Shown one piece after another: positions 47,081 through 60,593 of a stretch of 64,000 nucleotides of DNA (the stretch's first letter is position 1; each line of letters begins with the position of its first letter). The stretch is from Chara braunii. Lineage: Eukaryota > Plantae > Charophyceae. A program made the position numbers and the translations under genes. The notes under the pieces were generated by a model, which was given only the letters and a program-made list of their open reading frames with translations, did no database searches and was not told where the DNA came from. The stretch spans positions 2,244,897-2,308,896 of the forward strand of contig BFEA01000021.1 in the NCBI GenBank assembly GCA_003427395.1. Direction: 5' to 3'.

Positions 47081-47361
47081 AAGAGGCCTGGTAGAACCAA
47101 GGTTATATAGCCTTGACAAAACATGCAAAGAGGAAAGCACATGCAAGCACAAGCATATATTCAAGGGATTTTCAAACTGGCAGTTTTGTAAATGTATGTG
47201 ACCACAATTACGCCCAAACCTGGATGCATCTGAGGGCAATCACGTCCAGAGCTGAGTCGAGAAATTACTCGTGTGAGTATGCCCTCATACAGCACACCAC
47301 CAACTATGTACACATGTTGCCCCCCAGAAGAGAAGGGCCCCTGTGTTGTTGGAAAAAAAAA

Positions 47362-47400
<39 letters not shown>

Positions 47401-47599
47401 CTCCTCAACAATTCAACTAAAAGCACCGAAATAAATTAAAAAAAAAAAGCACCGAAATCAACTGTGCAGAATTCTCCAGTCAAACCCTGAAACGTTTCAC
47501 TTGCTGCTGACAATCTCAACCATCTTTCACTAACTGGTGTCATTTGCTGAGCTCCCAGGCATAATAGCCCAGAAATGTCAGCCATGGCGGAAAGAGGGA

Positions 47600-47850
47600 T
47601 TGGGCCACTTCAAGCTGAATCTATACCTTGCATGCATTGGACTGTTTTTTCAAGAAGATCTGTGATTGAAGCACTTTATACCCCTAGTGAGACATCTCAA
47701 GCCCCTGTATCCTCATCTATGCAATGTCCAAAGATAGCTAGAGACATTTTTAAGGACCTTTTTGCCAGCGTGAATGGGCACGGCATCTAGAGGAAGCCTG
47801 GACGATGGGAAGCGGAAGGTGATACAATTGTCTCGTACCTGGCACGCACT
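47600..47850 (+). pseudogene. L1 ORF2 fragment (region upstream of RT)
   Basis: RSVIEALYTP...SSMQCPKIARDIFKDLFAS aligns with RTVIEALMDP...STTVCIKIARDFFKKLFSS at 57325-57582. Confidence 0.6.
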
Positions 47851-50574
47851 GTTGAACTAAGAGGTTGAGTGATTAATTTGCAGCCCTAAGGCTGCGGTAT
47901 AGTAGCCTTCGGCGCCCGTGTCAACGTGTTGCATTTTTGGGCGGCGGGCAACCAGCGCGTAAAGGGGTGGGGTGGGGGGGGTAAGAATTTGTTGGAGGAC
48001 CGGTCCATCGCATTTTTACGGGCGACGTACAACTATCCTGCGGAGAACCAGCGCAGTAGCAAAATCGGAGGAACAGTCCTCCCTTCAATGTGGTCCACAA
48101 AAGGGGTACCGTAGGTCCAGTCCCGCAATTTGCAAGGGGCAACTTCTGCATTTTTTTCTGCTCATAAGAATTCGCAGGAAAAAAAAAAGAAAAAAAAGAA
48201 AGGACCTTTTTGCCTCATACGTGGAAGGGAAAAGCGTCCAAAAACAAAGAAAAGGAAAGGAAAAGTGTCAGGCGAGAGGACATATTGAAATCCTTGGAGC
48301 CCTTTGCAAAGTCATTCTGAAGTGAGTAAAGGGACAAATTGGAGAGGCCGCTTTTTTTTTTTTTTTTTTTTTTTTTAAAGACTCGTTGAAACCATGGTAG
48401 GTAGGGTGATAAGAGCATCCCTCCCTACTATGATTTCCTTTGGTCGCTCCATCTATTGGTGGGGAGCTGCACCTGCTGGAAAACGGGTCCAGCGTCCCAT
48501 TTCATAATAAAATTCTGATAATGCTGACAGAGTTCAGGCTTGAACCTCTTCACCCAGAGTAGGGCGCCAGATGAGAATTCTTTTAATCCTAGCTCAGTAC
48601 AGTGCCTAACTCTTACTTGCAAAGTGCTTCTTCAAGAATCTGATTCTTCATAGGCCTCCAGGCCATGCCATGACAATGGGACAACAGCATGGGGGATGGG
48701 GGGAGGAGAGGCCGCTTTCTTCTTCTTCTTCCTCTTTTTTTTTTTCTTTCTTTTTTTCTTTCTTTTTTTTTTTTTTAATAACAAATCCCCGTTGTGCAAG
48801 GCCTCTATACCGGTGGTGGTAAGAGAACCACCGGGATTGAGGCTTTGCCAGTCGGGCTGCTCTAAAAGGGAGATTTGGACATCTCTCATGCAGATGGAGG
48901 AAGAGAACACCCCTGGCATAGAGAGTCAACTGGCGAGTCTGTCGAGCGGGCGCTGATGTGCTCTGGTGAGCGGCCGCCACGATGAGGGAGGGACGCCTGG
49001 CTGCTGCAGCAGGTTTGCGGGCCTGTGGGCGCTGCTACCCACCATAGCTGCCATGACTGGAGGGTAGACCGTACGCGACATAAGGGACACGCCACGTGTC
49101 TATTTTCATTGCATGGAGGAACGTGGGGTTGGAGGGGAAGTTTTTCGGCGCTGCTGCTTATCATGGCGAGCTGCTTACCCAAAGTTCCATCATCATCTCA
49201 AGGGAGACTGAGTTGGCGGGGGACATAAGCAGCTGAGGGGCGTGGCATTGTCAGGACAGAGTCACTGCGGAGCTCGTACTGGTGATGGTTACCGCAGGCT
49301 GTGGAGGTGGTAGGTCCACCTCCTTCGTTGAAGTGCTGCGATGGCGAGTAGGCGGTGCGGGGTGAGCATGGACAATGGTCAACTTGTTGAGAAGCAGGGG
49401 TGCGGGAAGACCAGCAGTGGCTTCCTCATCAAGATTTCGGCATCATCTCCACTTTCATCAGCATCTTCATCTTCAACATCGTAGTTGGATGTGAGTGCTT
49501 GGACGAGGGGTGGGCAACAATAAGGGGGAAATCCTTTCTTTCTCATCTGACTTTTCTCTCCTTGTTCTTATCATCCTTCTCCGCATATCATTTTCCTCAT
49601 TTGCTGCTCTGTCCCTCTACACACTCATCTCTCTCCTTGCTCTCTCATTTGCATTCTCCTCTTCTTCTCCTCTTATTGGAAGTCGAAGGGTATAGCCGGG
49701 TGATGATGGGAAGGGGGGGGAGAGGGTGTGATAAGTAGAAAGAGGGAGGGGAACGAGGGAGAGGAGGGGTAGGACATCGGGCAAGGAGATTGGGTTTAGG
49801 GAAGGAGGGAGAAAGGAGGAGGGGGGGCCATCTCGCGTTTTTTATTTTTTGGGGTAACTTCGGCACAATCACGAAAACAGGTTTTTTTTTTTGTTTTTTT
49901 TTTTTTCCAACAAAAAAACTCCGCCACCAGTGTTAGTGGTGCTGATAAGAGCAGACACCACTAGCACCTGGGGAGAGGCTCCATCTATTAGTGGGGAGCA
50001 TCACCTGCTGGAAAGTGGGTCCAGCGTCCCTTAGGTACAATTTCCAAATAATGGTAACTGAGCACTGAGCCTCTACTCCCAAACATTGGAGCCAGATGAT
50101 CTTAAGATGCTAGCCCTGTTACTCATTCATATCTCACCCGTCCTCTCTTTTCCTGATGAATCAAGACTCTTCTCCCGCCTTGTGGGAGCCAGATTTTTGT
50201 GATGTACTAGCTTGTATCTATTTGGATCCATTGAAACTGGGGGCGCAGCGCTACCGGGAGCGCTGCGCCCCGGCATCAACCATGGCGGAGTTCTAAGCTG
50301 GAGCGCGATATCGGGGCGATGGCAGGAGGTGGTGATCTTCCAACTGGCGATTCCAGCGCGTAGCGCACGCGCAGGGCCTGGAGGCACTGGTCTAGGCCAC
50401 GTCACTGGCTGACGTGGAGGATAGACCGACTCCTGACGGTTACTCGGGAGTTTCGTGTTTTTGCCCCATCGCCGCTGCGGTTCTGCCCGTGGCACAGGGC
50501 CATGAGGCGTTGGGTTAGTCCGCGCCTGTGGAGCACAGCGGAGTCAGCCCTTGGGACCTGAAGTGCGCGTGAGA

Positions 50575-51650
50575 TTGTCATCCTCTTCATCAACATCATC
50601 TGTCATCGTCACACTGAAGCTGCTTGGAATTGTCATCATCATCATCAACAGGGCGTGTTTTGACAGCGTCACCATGGTAAGGGATTCGTCATCGTCATCA
50701 GGAGGCTACTCGTCAGGGTATTGCTCATCATCACCATCATCATCATCAGGTAGTGGTTTGGCATCATCATCACGGTAATGGTCAGGGTATTGCTCATCAT
50801 CACCATCATCATCATCAGGGAGTGGTTCGACATCATCATCACGGTAATGGTTCGTCGTTAGCATAAGGCGTCATCACTATCATCGGGCATCATCACCCAT
50901 CATCACGGTAATGGTTCGTTGTTAGCATCAGGCGTCATAGCATCAGGCGCCATCACCATCATCGGGCGTCATCACCATCATCATCATCAGGGTGCCGCTC
51001 GTAACCAAATATCAAGGTATGGGTGGCTATCATCATCATCATCTGTCTTCATAGGGCGCCGCAGAGGTTGCTCGTTATCATCATCATCACTGTTACTACG
51101 CCAATATCATTGCCATCAATAATAGCTTACTATCATAAGGCGCTGCCGGCGAAATTTGTCGTTATAGGGCGCTGCTTACCCCCATCATCAGCATCACTAC
51201 GTTATCATCCAAGGTGTTCGTCATTTGCACCATCACCATTTATCTGAGCGTCGTCATCATCATCATTATCATCATCATTATCATCATCATCATTATCATC
51301 ACCTCACCATCATCATCATCATCATCATCATTATTATCATCATCATCATCACTATCATCATTTTGTAATCATAGGGCGCTGTTGGTACTGTTCTTCAGTA
51401 CGATCAGCATTACCATTCTGTCTTCATTTTCATAATTACTATCATCATCATCATTTTGTCACCATTAGGTGTGGCGTTTCAAGGTCGTGTTCGCTTTTCA
51501 CATCATCAGGTGAGTTCGGTCAGCATCTTCAACGTCATCATCTTCAGGATGCTGTCCAATCGCCATCGTGTTCGTCTTTCAAATTAGCAGGTGAGATTGG
51601 TCGTCATCATCATCTTCAATGTCATCATCTTCAGGATGCTGTTCAATCGC
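50575..51650. repeat. (CAT)n-derived low-complexity region
   Basis: Degenerate CATCAT arrays. Another at 52680-52800. Confidence 0.9.
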
Positions 51651-52688
51651 TATCTGGAAAAAAAAAAAAAAAACTCTCATCTACCTTTCTCTGTATCATA
51701 ATCTTTCGAAATTTCCAATTCTTCCACTCATGTCTTAAGAAATTGATCTGAGGAGTGTGCTTCAGTCAGGATAGGGCTTCTGTGGTCACGGTTTGGACTC
51801 GTGGGGGCAGGTTGGGGGTGGTATTGGGGAGCCCTACTCTACAGGGGCGCTGCAAGGTGGGAGGCGGCTGCCCTGTCGGGAGCAGGGCAGATTTGTGGTT
51901 CGTCCTTGTCTGGCGCCGGGGTGGGAGAGTTGGTTGCCTTCAACCCCGGTGGGGGCAGATAGGGATAAGGGGAGGGCGAAGGTATCCTCTAGGAGGGAAT
52001 TGGCTGCCTGTGCGGAAGGGGGGAAGGAAGGGGTCTGTTCCAGGTTGGGGCCGAGGAGGTTTTCCTCGGCGGTGGCAGCATGGGACAGGGTTTGTGGGGA
52101 AGTTTCTTTGTGCGGTGACTCGTGGAAGCTTCCTGATTGAAACGTTTCTTGATTTCTTCTGTTATGCCTGGTGGTTTGAACTTTGAAGAATTTCTCAGGT
52201 CTCTGAGGGTCTGCCGGTGTTTTGTACGAAGCTGCACTGAATTCAGACTGTTATATTCAGGACCCGCGGTTGTTCAATGCCAGAACGACGCTGGCCAAAG
52301 CCGGGGTGATGCCCTGAAACTTGTCGAGGGTGAGGGCACGCGGCCTTGTAGAGAGATCAGGGGATGCTATGCAGGGGGCATCCTAACAGACAACTGGGGG
52401 TTGCTGACACAGGACTACACTGGCCGGAGCTGGAGTGAGTCGCGTTGCTCTGTAACCCAACAGTTAGGGGGCGCGAGGCCTGGATGAGTTTGTCAGAGAA
52501 TAAGTCAGTTTTGGTGAGCTTTGTAATGATCTGTTGGAAATCCCTTAGATACTTGAGTGTTTGGAAAATTGCTGTGGATCTCAGGAGGTGTTTAGCAAGT
52601 GCAGTTTTCTCATCATCTCTCACGAAGAAGAAAAAAGGGAGGCTAGAAGTGTTGATATAGCATAGTCTTTTTCATACTAATCATCATT

Positions 52689-52722
<34 letters not shown>

Positions 52723-53268
52723 CTATCAGCATTGGAACTACTATCTCATAGATTTCATAGAATCTGTAGAAGTTCATCATCAGCAGCATCATCAACATCA
52801 TGAGATGAGGGACGCTGAGCCCGGTTCTCAGCATGTTTGGTTCGGTCACTCCGGGTAGACTGTCAGGACCCCGGCCTCAATCTTCCCTTCGATAATATCA
52901 GCCTTGGGCACTGGGCCCGTTTAANNNNNNNNNNNNNNNNNNNNNNNNNNNNNNNNNNNNNNNNNNNNNNNNNNNNNNNNNNNNNNNNNNNNNNNNNNNN
53001 NNNNNNNNNNNNNNNNNNNNNNNNNNNNNNNNNNNNNNNNNNNNNNNNNNNNNNNNNNNNNNNNNNNNNNNNNNNNNNNNNNNNNNNNNNNNNNNNNNNN
53101 NNNNNNNNNNNNNNNNNNNNNNNNNNNNNNNNNNNNNNNNNNNNNNNNNNNNNNNNNNNNNNNNNNNNNNNNNNNNNNNNNNNNNNNNNNNNNNNNNNNN
53201 NNNNNNNNNNNNNNNNNNNNNNNNNNNNNNNNNNNNNNNNNNNNNNNNNNNNNNNNNNNNNNNNNNNN

Positions 53269-56200
53269 TTATTATTATTTTTTTTTTTTCTTAACACCCC
53301 CTGGTGGTAGTGGTGCTGATAAGAGCAGTCGCCACTACCCCAGGGAGGGGCTCCATCTATTGGTGGGGAGCATCACCTGCTAGAAAGCGGGTCCAGCGTC
53401 CCATATACAGATTGAGTACAAAAAATCAACAGAAAAATAAGTAGAAGATTCTTGCCAGCATTGATTACCCTGAAAACAGGGGATTGACTGTGCAGGTCAT
53501 CGAAATGAAACTTCAGAAAATAATTGGTGCATGCAACCCTTGCCAACTTCGAATGCCCTGGGGTCCAGGGGCTTAACTGAGCAGGGTTTTAGAGAATCAA
53601 TTGAGAGAAAAAGCCTGCTGAAGAACTGTTGGGAGTGCGACCTCTTCACCCTATACCAGACGCCGAATTTCTGCTACCGACGTCCAAGTCTTCTCCCTGA
53701 AGGCCGCCTCACCCTGTACCAGACTGTGTTTCTGCTGCAGGAGCTTTGTTTCCTTTGCATGTCAAGACTGGGGCCCGAGAAGAACCACTGGGGGGCACCA
53801 GTGGTACTTTCCGGTCTTCTAGCGAAACCTTTTCTCTGTCACCCTATACCAGGCGCCGAATTTCTGCTATTGATGTCCAAGTCTTCTCCCTGAAGGCCGC
53901 CTCACCCTGTACCAGACTGTGTTTCTGCTGCAGGAGCCATTTTGATTAGATGAGACCTCAATCATTCCCAAACCATGACCATGGAACTAAACAACATGAA
54001 TGTGGGGGAAATGGGTCTGGGAATTCAAATAAGTGTCTCATTGGGATATTTGGATCTACCACTATCCATTCTTCAAACTTCAGGTAATAAGCATTACTTT
54101 CAATCTCCTCTCTCTCACCCTCTTTCCTCTTGACCTGACCAATTTTCCCCCCTTGTGGACCCCCAATCCAACTGCGATTGAATTTCTGAATATGGTTCCT
54201 GATTTCCCTGTCTGAGTGTAAGTGTTGAATTCTCTCCTTAACCTTGTCCCACTGTGTTTAATCATCGTCTACATTTGTTGTTTGATTGAGTCTGTGAATT
54301 CAGGACCATCCAACCTTGCCCCTTCCATCTCATAGGTACATCTTCTTCTCCACATGGCCCAAAGTAACCCTCTTTTTCCAATCGTGAATATGTTATGTAT
54401 GAACTCATCGTATGATTCTGGTACCCAACATTCCAGCAGAATGGCTTTCCAATCCCAGGGCCACTGACCAGTAGTTTCCAATGAATCCCAAATCCTATCC
54501 CGCCATCTCCACAACCAAATTGCCCCTGGGCATTGTAGGAAAATATGTTCAATTGTCTCCGGAATTGTTCTTACTGGAAAAGCCGATCTACAGAAACGAC
54601 ACCTTTTTTTTTCTAGGGCCTGTCTCTTATACACATCTAGATGTGTATAAGAGANNNNNNNNNNNNNNNNNNNNNNNNNNNNNNTTTTTTTTTTTTTTTG
54701 GCCCTTGTGCAAAACCTCTATCCTGGTGGTGGTAAGATAACCACCGGGATTGAGGCTTTGCCTAGCGAGCCGCTCCATCTATTGGTGGGGAGCAACACCT
54801 TCTGCAAGGGGAAAGCTAACCTCTTTTGTTCAAGTGTCGTTCTACTAATCAACCAGTCGTTGGTTGGCAAACAACGGTGTTCAATTTGCCATTGTAAAAA
54901 GGCTATTTTGGTTGGTTTAATTTTTATATTCCTGAACCATTTAATTGGCTTGAGGACTTCCTTACTCATATTTAATCGTTTTATCCATTTGTCTTCTGCC
55001 TTGTCTTTTATATTCATAGTAGGTCACAACATTCTTTACGTTGATTTGACAGACAAGGTATGGAGTACTCTCCTATATTCTTGACCTTTTTTATGTGGCG
55101 AAGACCAAACCTAGTTGATGGGATCTAGAGCTAAACATTGCACATGTATATCGGGTTTAAAAACCAACCATTTGTCATTTTGTTTCATTACTCTGATTCT
55201 GAAAACCTGCTCCCCATCAACCCATCTAGTCTCCTCCTTAGGATTAGGTTCTCCTATATGATCATGTGCAAGTCTATATAAAACCAACAAGATTTCACCA
55301 TTGGGGTTGATTTGTAGTATATTTCCAATCAGAGGTTTGATTCAATATGACCACTCAATCTCCATCTTCCAATGTAGGTCCTTTTCTGAGGATCCTAATC
55401 CAGTCCAAGGGGATCAATCCTATGACCTGATCCAGTGCCTCCACTGAGTGGTGGCAATATCTTAACTTACTTTGCAACTCTTTTGATGATATTAAATCCT
55501 TAGTATCATTCTTTCAAATATCTTTGATGCAGAGGATACCCTTTCCAATCCAACTTTTCCAAGGTGAGTTCATGCAGTGAAGTACATATCCTTGTGAATT
55601 TCTTATTCATCCATTATTGAATAGGGGTTGTCGATACACTTCTTCCCATCTGTCAGGCGCCACTTTATCTAGTAAGGGAAACTTTCTTCAGGTTTTTAAC
55701 AGACAAGGCCAAAACGGATCCTTGCTTAGGTCTATTCTGGCTGCATCTTGTTCTGAGATACCTTGGTCTTCAACACATTTTGACATCTTCCTAGGAATAG
55801 ACCATGATCTATTCTTATTCTCTAACCAAGTCATTGGGTGAATATTAGCAGGGGTCTCTAGGGCTAATCGTCTTATCTGTTCCCATTCCAATTCGCTCTA
55901 GGGGGTGTTCGAGATGAATAGAAGTTTCTTAATCCATTGAACGAAAAAAATTATTGCATGTGTGGCTGGGTCTATGATACCCAGTCCCCCTTTGACTTTT
56001 GGTTGTATTCCTGATTGCCACGCAACCCTACTAATGATATTTTGACTCTCATGATTTCCTCTCCATAGGAAAGCTACTATTTGTCTTTGTAGAGCTTTTA
56101 ACATTGATTTGTCCATAGGTCAAATAGCTGATTTGTGCCAGATAGAAGCTAATACCACATTATTAATGACCATTGCCCGTCCCATAACCAAGATATGCTT

Positions 56201-57720
56201 GTTTTTCCACAATTCTGGTTTTATTTGTTTTTGTTGGAAAATCCATTCATTAGTGGCGAGTGGTTTTCCTTCCGTAGTAAGAGAGATACCCAACACTCTT
56301 ACTGGTGTGTCCAATGTTAACCATTTTACTCTGGGTTGTTCTGGAGGTCGCACTCCCTGATGATGAATCCACCATCATAGAGTCTTACTTCCCCAGTTGA
56401 CCCTCATGTTTGAAAAATGACAAAATTTGTCCATCATTCTTTGTACATCCATCAAATTATCATGTGATGTCTCAACCATGAAAGAAAAGTCATCTGTAAA
56501 AAGAGAGCAGACAGGTATAACCTCCTCTGGTATTGACGTAACTTGAATGCGTTTGATATCTCTATGTTTCTTTAGATTTGAAGTTAGGCCCTCCATTACA
56601 ATTACGAACAAAAAATGCGCGATCGTGTCTCCTTGCCTAACAAATCTATATAATGAGATAGGTGGGGATACATTACCATTGATCATTACCCTGATGATAG
56701 CGTTCTGATGTAGAATCTCAATCCACCTTTTGAAACAATGACCAAACTCGAGTTTCTCTAGACACTTATCCAATAAATACCAATCCACGTAATCATACGC
56801 TTTTTCAAAATCAATAAACAGAATTGCCACATTGTGTTTAGATTGGCCGGTTAGTTTGATCATTTCATTAATTAATAATACATTATCTTGGATATTCCTT
56901 CCATTAATGAATCCTGTTTGCACTGGGTGAATAATATTTACTATGACTTTTGTTAACCTGATTGCTAAGGTTTTTGCCACCATCTTATAAACTACTATGA
57001 GTAGGGTGTTTGGTCGGTAATTCCTTATATTCGTTTTGTTTCTTTTTTTGTACAACAAAGTTAATATTCTTTGGTTCACAATCTCCCCCATTTCTCCAGT
57101 TATCTAAACTTTCTGGTAAAAGTTCATTAGGTGTTGTGAAACGAAATTCCAACTTGATCAGAATTCCTTAGGAAATCCATCAAGACCTGGGTTTTTTTCT
57201 TCTTCCATTAACATTAAGGTTGTCCAGACTTCCTCTTTTATTAGGGGTCTTTCGAGGATCTCCTGTTGTTCATTGGATAACTTCTTAGTTAAGGAGGATC
57301 TCCTGTTGTTCATTGGATAACTTATTAGTTACGATGATCTTGTGTAGTCTCTCCAATTTTTGACGAAAATAGTTTTTTAAAGAAATCTCTCGCTATTTTG
57401 ATGCAGACTGTAGTTGACGTGACCAAATCACCTTCTCCATTTTGTGGATCCATTAATGCTTCTATTACTGTTCTTCCAGTCCGCACCATTGTCATTGTAA
57501 AGCATCGAGCGTCCATTGATCCTTCCATATAGTGCTTTCTAAGTTTCCCCCTAACCCTAGCCCTTTGCCAGCGATACTCCATTTAACTTAGTAATTTTTG
57601 TTTCATCTCAACTATCTCCCCTGCCAGTGTCTCTAGGGTTTCTGTATTTTCTGAATTTGTTTCCTGATGTTGAAGTTGTTGAATTTGTTGTAAGATAAGT
57701 ATTTCTTTAGAGTGAAAATG
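53269..57720 (-). mobile_element. Decayed L1-clade LINE ORF2 (RT, zf-RVT) with 3' UTR and poly(A)
   Basis: NYRPNTLL, QTGFINGRNIQDN, IDFEKAYD, VRQGD, LFTDD (56375-57091), KGGLGI, CRFC...ETIEHIFLQC. Many stops and frameshifts. T-run at 53269. Confidence 0.95.
54620..54654. other. Nextera mate-pair junction adapter (assembly artefact)
   Basis: CTGTCTCTTATACACATCT+AGATGTGTATAAGAGA, inverted Tn5 mosaic ends directly abutting an N-gap. Confidence 0.97.
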
Positions 57721-57914
57721 CACGTCAGGCAATCCCGCGAACACAACACTCACCCACATCACCCCACCGGATCCGAAACCTAGGTTATATACCTTCACCA
57801 TTACCATTACCTGTCCTTTTGCCTCAAGTGCATTTTCAAACTCAAACCCTGACTGCGCCGTAGTTTGCTCTTTCGTTTTGTCCACTTTTATCTGCTCTAA
57901 AGCGAACATCTATA

Positions 57915-58464
57915 GGTTCTCGTTAGACACTCCTAAAAGTGTCTGTTTTTAGGATTGCGACTTGGTTGCATGCAATCCTAAATCCAATTTTGAGATCGAA
58001 AATGTAAAAATGGCGTTAGGACGAGTCCTAAAGGATTTAGGATTCCCCAGGCAAAATCGTCTCAAATTTTATTGTAGCCCCCGACCTACTGAAAAAACTA
58101 GGATTCCCGCGTTTCATGGACTCGTTGTGTCGTGCGCATGGCATCGTCGACACGGAGTTGCTGGTGCAGAAGCGGTCCGTTTGGTCAGTGGTCGGACATC
58201 GGAGGTTTCCTGCGAATTGACGAGGACAACGACCACGAACGGTAGCCGTTGGTGAGGATTGGACGGACATTGGCAGGAATGGACGGACATTGGCGACGCA
58301 GCTGCGTATACGCATATGAAAACCGGCCACGAGAGACCTTTTAGGACGAATCCTAAAAGATGATTTTTAGGATTGCGTGTAACGACGCCGCACGAAATCC
58401 TAAAAATCCTTTAGGACTCGTCCTATAAATTTTAGGATTCTTTTAGGAGTGTCTAACGAGACCC
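57915..58464. mobile_element. Harbinger-like MITE
   Basis: TIR GG(T/G)TCTCGTTAGACACTCCTAAAAG, 3-bp TSD ATA/ATA and internal TCCTAAAA/TTTAGGA subrepeats. Confidence 0.85.
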
Positions 58465-59432
58465 ATACTTAGAAATGTAAAATCCCTAATTCACTGTGTC
58501 TTCTGTATAATTATTAACCAACTCTATCCAGCTATCTACCTATCCAATCACCCGGTCAACCTTCAATCTAATCAACCTAATCACAATCATAAAAATTAAC
58601 TTAACAAATAAGAATAATGATCAACAAAAACAATATTCTTTTAAAATTTTCAACACATGTGCAATCACAATCTCCAAACGCTTTAGTTTTCTCAACTAAA
58701 CTTCCTAATGGTATTTCCTTAATACCAAAAAACAAATGGCGAATTAATTAATTTTCTGCTTTGTTCAATCTACATTCTAATTTCTCCACATTTTTACCAC
58801 TTTTTTTTTACTTATTTTCAACTTATTTTCAACTCCACGTAGCTTCTTCCCTAATAGCGACATTCCAAAATTTGACCTCCAAATCCAAAATTTGACCTTC
58901 AAATCCCTCAAGTACCGATTTCTCCATCTTTTGGTGGTGGTTTTGTGAAGGAGCAATGCTCATCCTCTCCTTTACCAGACGCAACAGTCTAAAGACAATA
59001 TCCTCCTACCCAAAACCAGCCATAAGGCACCGCCACATCACTCTCGAAATCTGCAAAATGAGAACGAACTTCCTGCAAGAACATGGCCAGACGCACCCGC
59101 CACATTTTTGTCTTTTTCACATTTGGAGAGTGGTGTAGCCAGGCCCATAGTTGTCATCTTCTCACAACCAAGACTAACCCCGACCCCTCAGGTTATCATG
59201 GCAGCCCTCCCCAAGATTGCCACTAGATTCCTCCATCGACGAATCCCCATATCTCTCTACCAGGCCTCACACTCTTGCTAAAGACAGGTCACAGGGCTAC
59301 GCCCCAGCACCGGCCCAGCCTCTGCTAAAAAGGACTGCCTGATCATGCAGACACTTATCATCAGGCCCAACTTGGGACAGTCCCACTCCCCCCCTATTTC
59401 CACAAATGCATCTAGTTCCCACCAAAAGTACG

Positions 59433-59650
59433 CCTCTACCTACCCTTTACCCTAGTCTCCCCCGCAGGAATATGATGCTCGGGAGTTTCCCCAGGAAGGT
59501 AGACTCTATTCTGGGGGATACTCCATCATATTCCTGTGGGTGATGCTCGGGAGTTTCCCCAGGAAGGTAGACTCTATTCTGGGGGATACTCCATCATATT
59601 CCTGCGGGGGAGACTTTCAGTTGGGTAAAGGGTAAAGGGTAGGTAGAGCC
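59433..59650. mobile_element. Foldback element with an internal ~65-bp tandem duplication
   Basis: Nested inverted repeats CTCTACCTACCCTTTACCC and AGTCTCCCCCGCAGGAATATGATG. The core GATGCTCGGGAG...CATATTCCTG occurs twice. Confidence 0.65.
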
Positions 59651-59746
59651 TTGCACACAAGTGCCTGACTCCCGAATGAGAGGCGAGCTCTTTCATAAAT
59701 GGAAAGTGCTTGCCTCCCTCGCTGCCTGCCTTGGGACGCGCGTGTG

Positions 59747-59784
<38 letters not shown>

Positions 59785-60072
59785 GGGACAAATGCTCCAG
59801 TCTATTCATGAGGAGCAACACGTGCTGGGAACCGGGCCCAGCGTCCCATATAGAAATATACAAATGATTTGAAATACCAGGGCCATTACCTGGCTTCGGC
59901 TAGGAACAATCTGAGAACTTCGAAGAGATTCTAGAAAAATTAGGAAAGACATAGGTAACTGCTAACCTATTGCTAGGTTACTCAAGCAACACTTACCAAG
60001 TCAAAACGGCAAACCACAGAAGCACTTTGAATACTCCGAACCCCTGCAAAACTTTCCTCATAAGATAGGCTA

Positions 60073-60593
60073 CAACATAAAAATTTTCCAAAATTAAATA
60101 ATCATTCTATAGTAAAATTACATTCTAAACTCTAAATTTCATTTCATCTTAAAAAATGTCATTCCAATTTTAAAATTTTTCGTCTTACTTGAAAACTTTC
60201 ATTCCAAGAATGGGGTATCCCTTCTTATTTGAATTGCATGCTAGAGATGGAATGAAAGTCTGGATGAGTTCATGAAATATTTTAATTGGACTGTCATTCT
60301 ATTTAAGGATTTTCAGTCATAAATAGGTTAATCCAATCTAAATTATAAGGTATTTGTTATAGTAGAATGAAAGTTTAATTAAGACATTTCATAAACTCAT
60401 AAAAACTTTCATTCCATCTTGAACAAATAGATGTAGTTGGAAGGGAAAGTTCATATTTAGACGGGAACTTATCAAATAAAACTGAAAATTTAAGAGTTGG
60501 ACGAACATTGGAATGATAATTTATAAATATGAAGGATTTCTTTCGAATGAAATGTTTTTTCAACTTTCATTTCTCGTGGGAATTTTTCTGTTG
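60073..60593. mobile_element. Second copy of the CAAC-ended ~520-bp element
   Basis: Collinear with 17861-18382, TA TSD. Confidence 0.8.

Noticed and set aside
54620-54654. Tn5 mosaic ends as a bacterial transposon or HGT
   Set aside because: Exact Nextera junction adapter at a contig edge.
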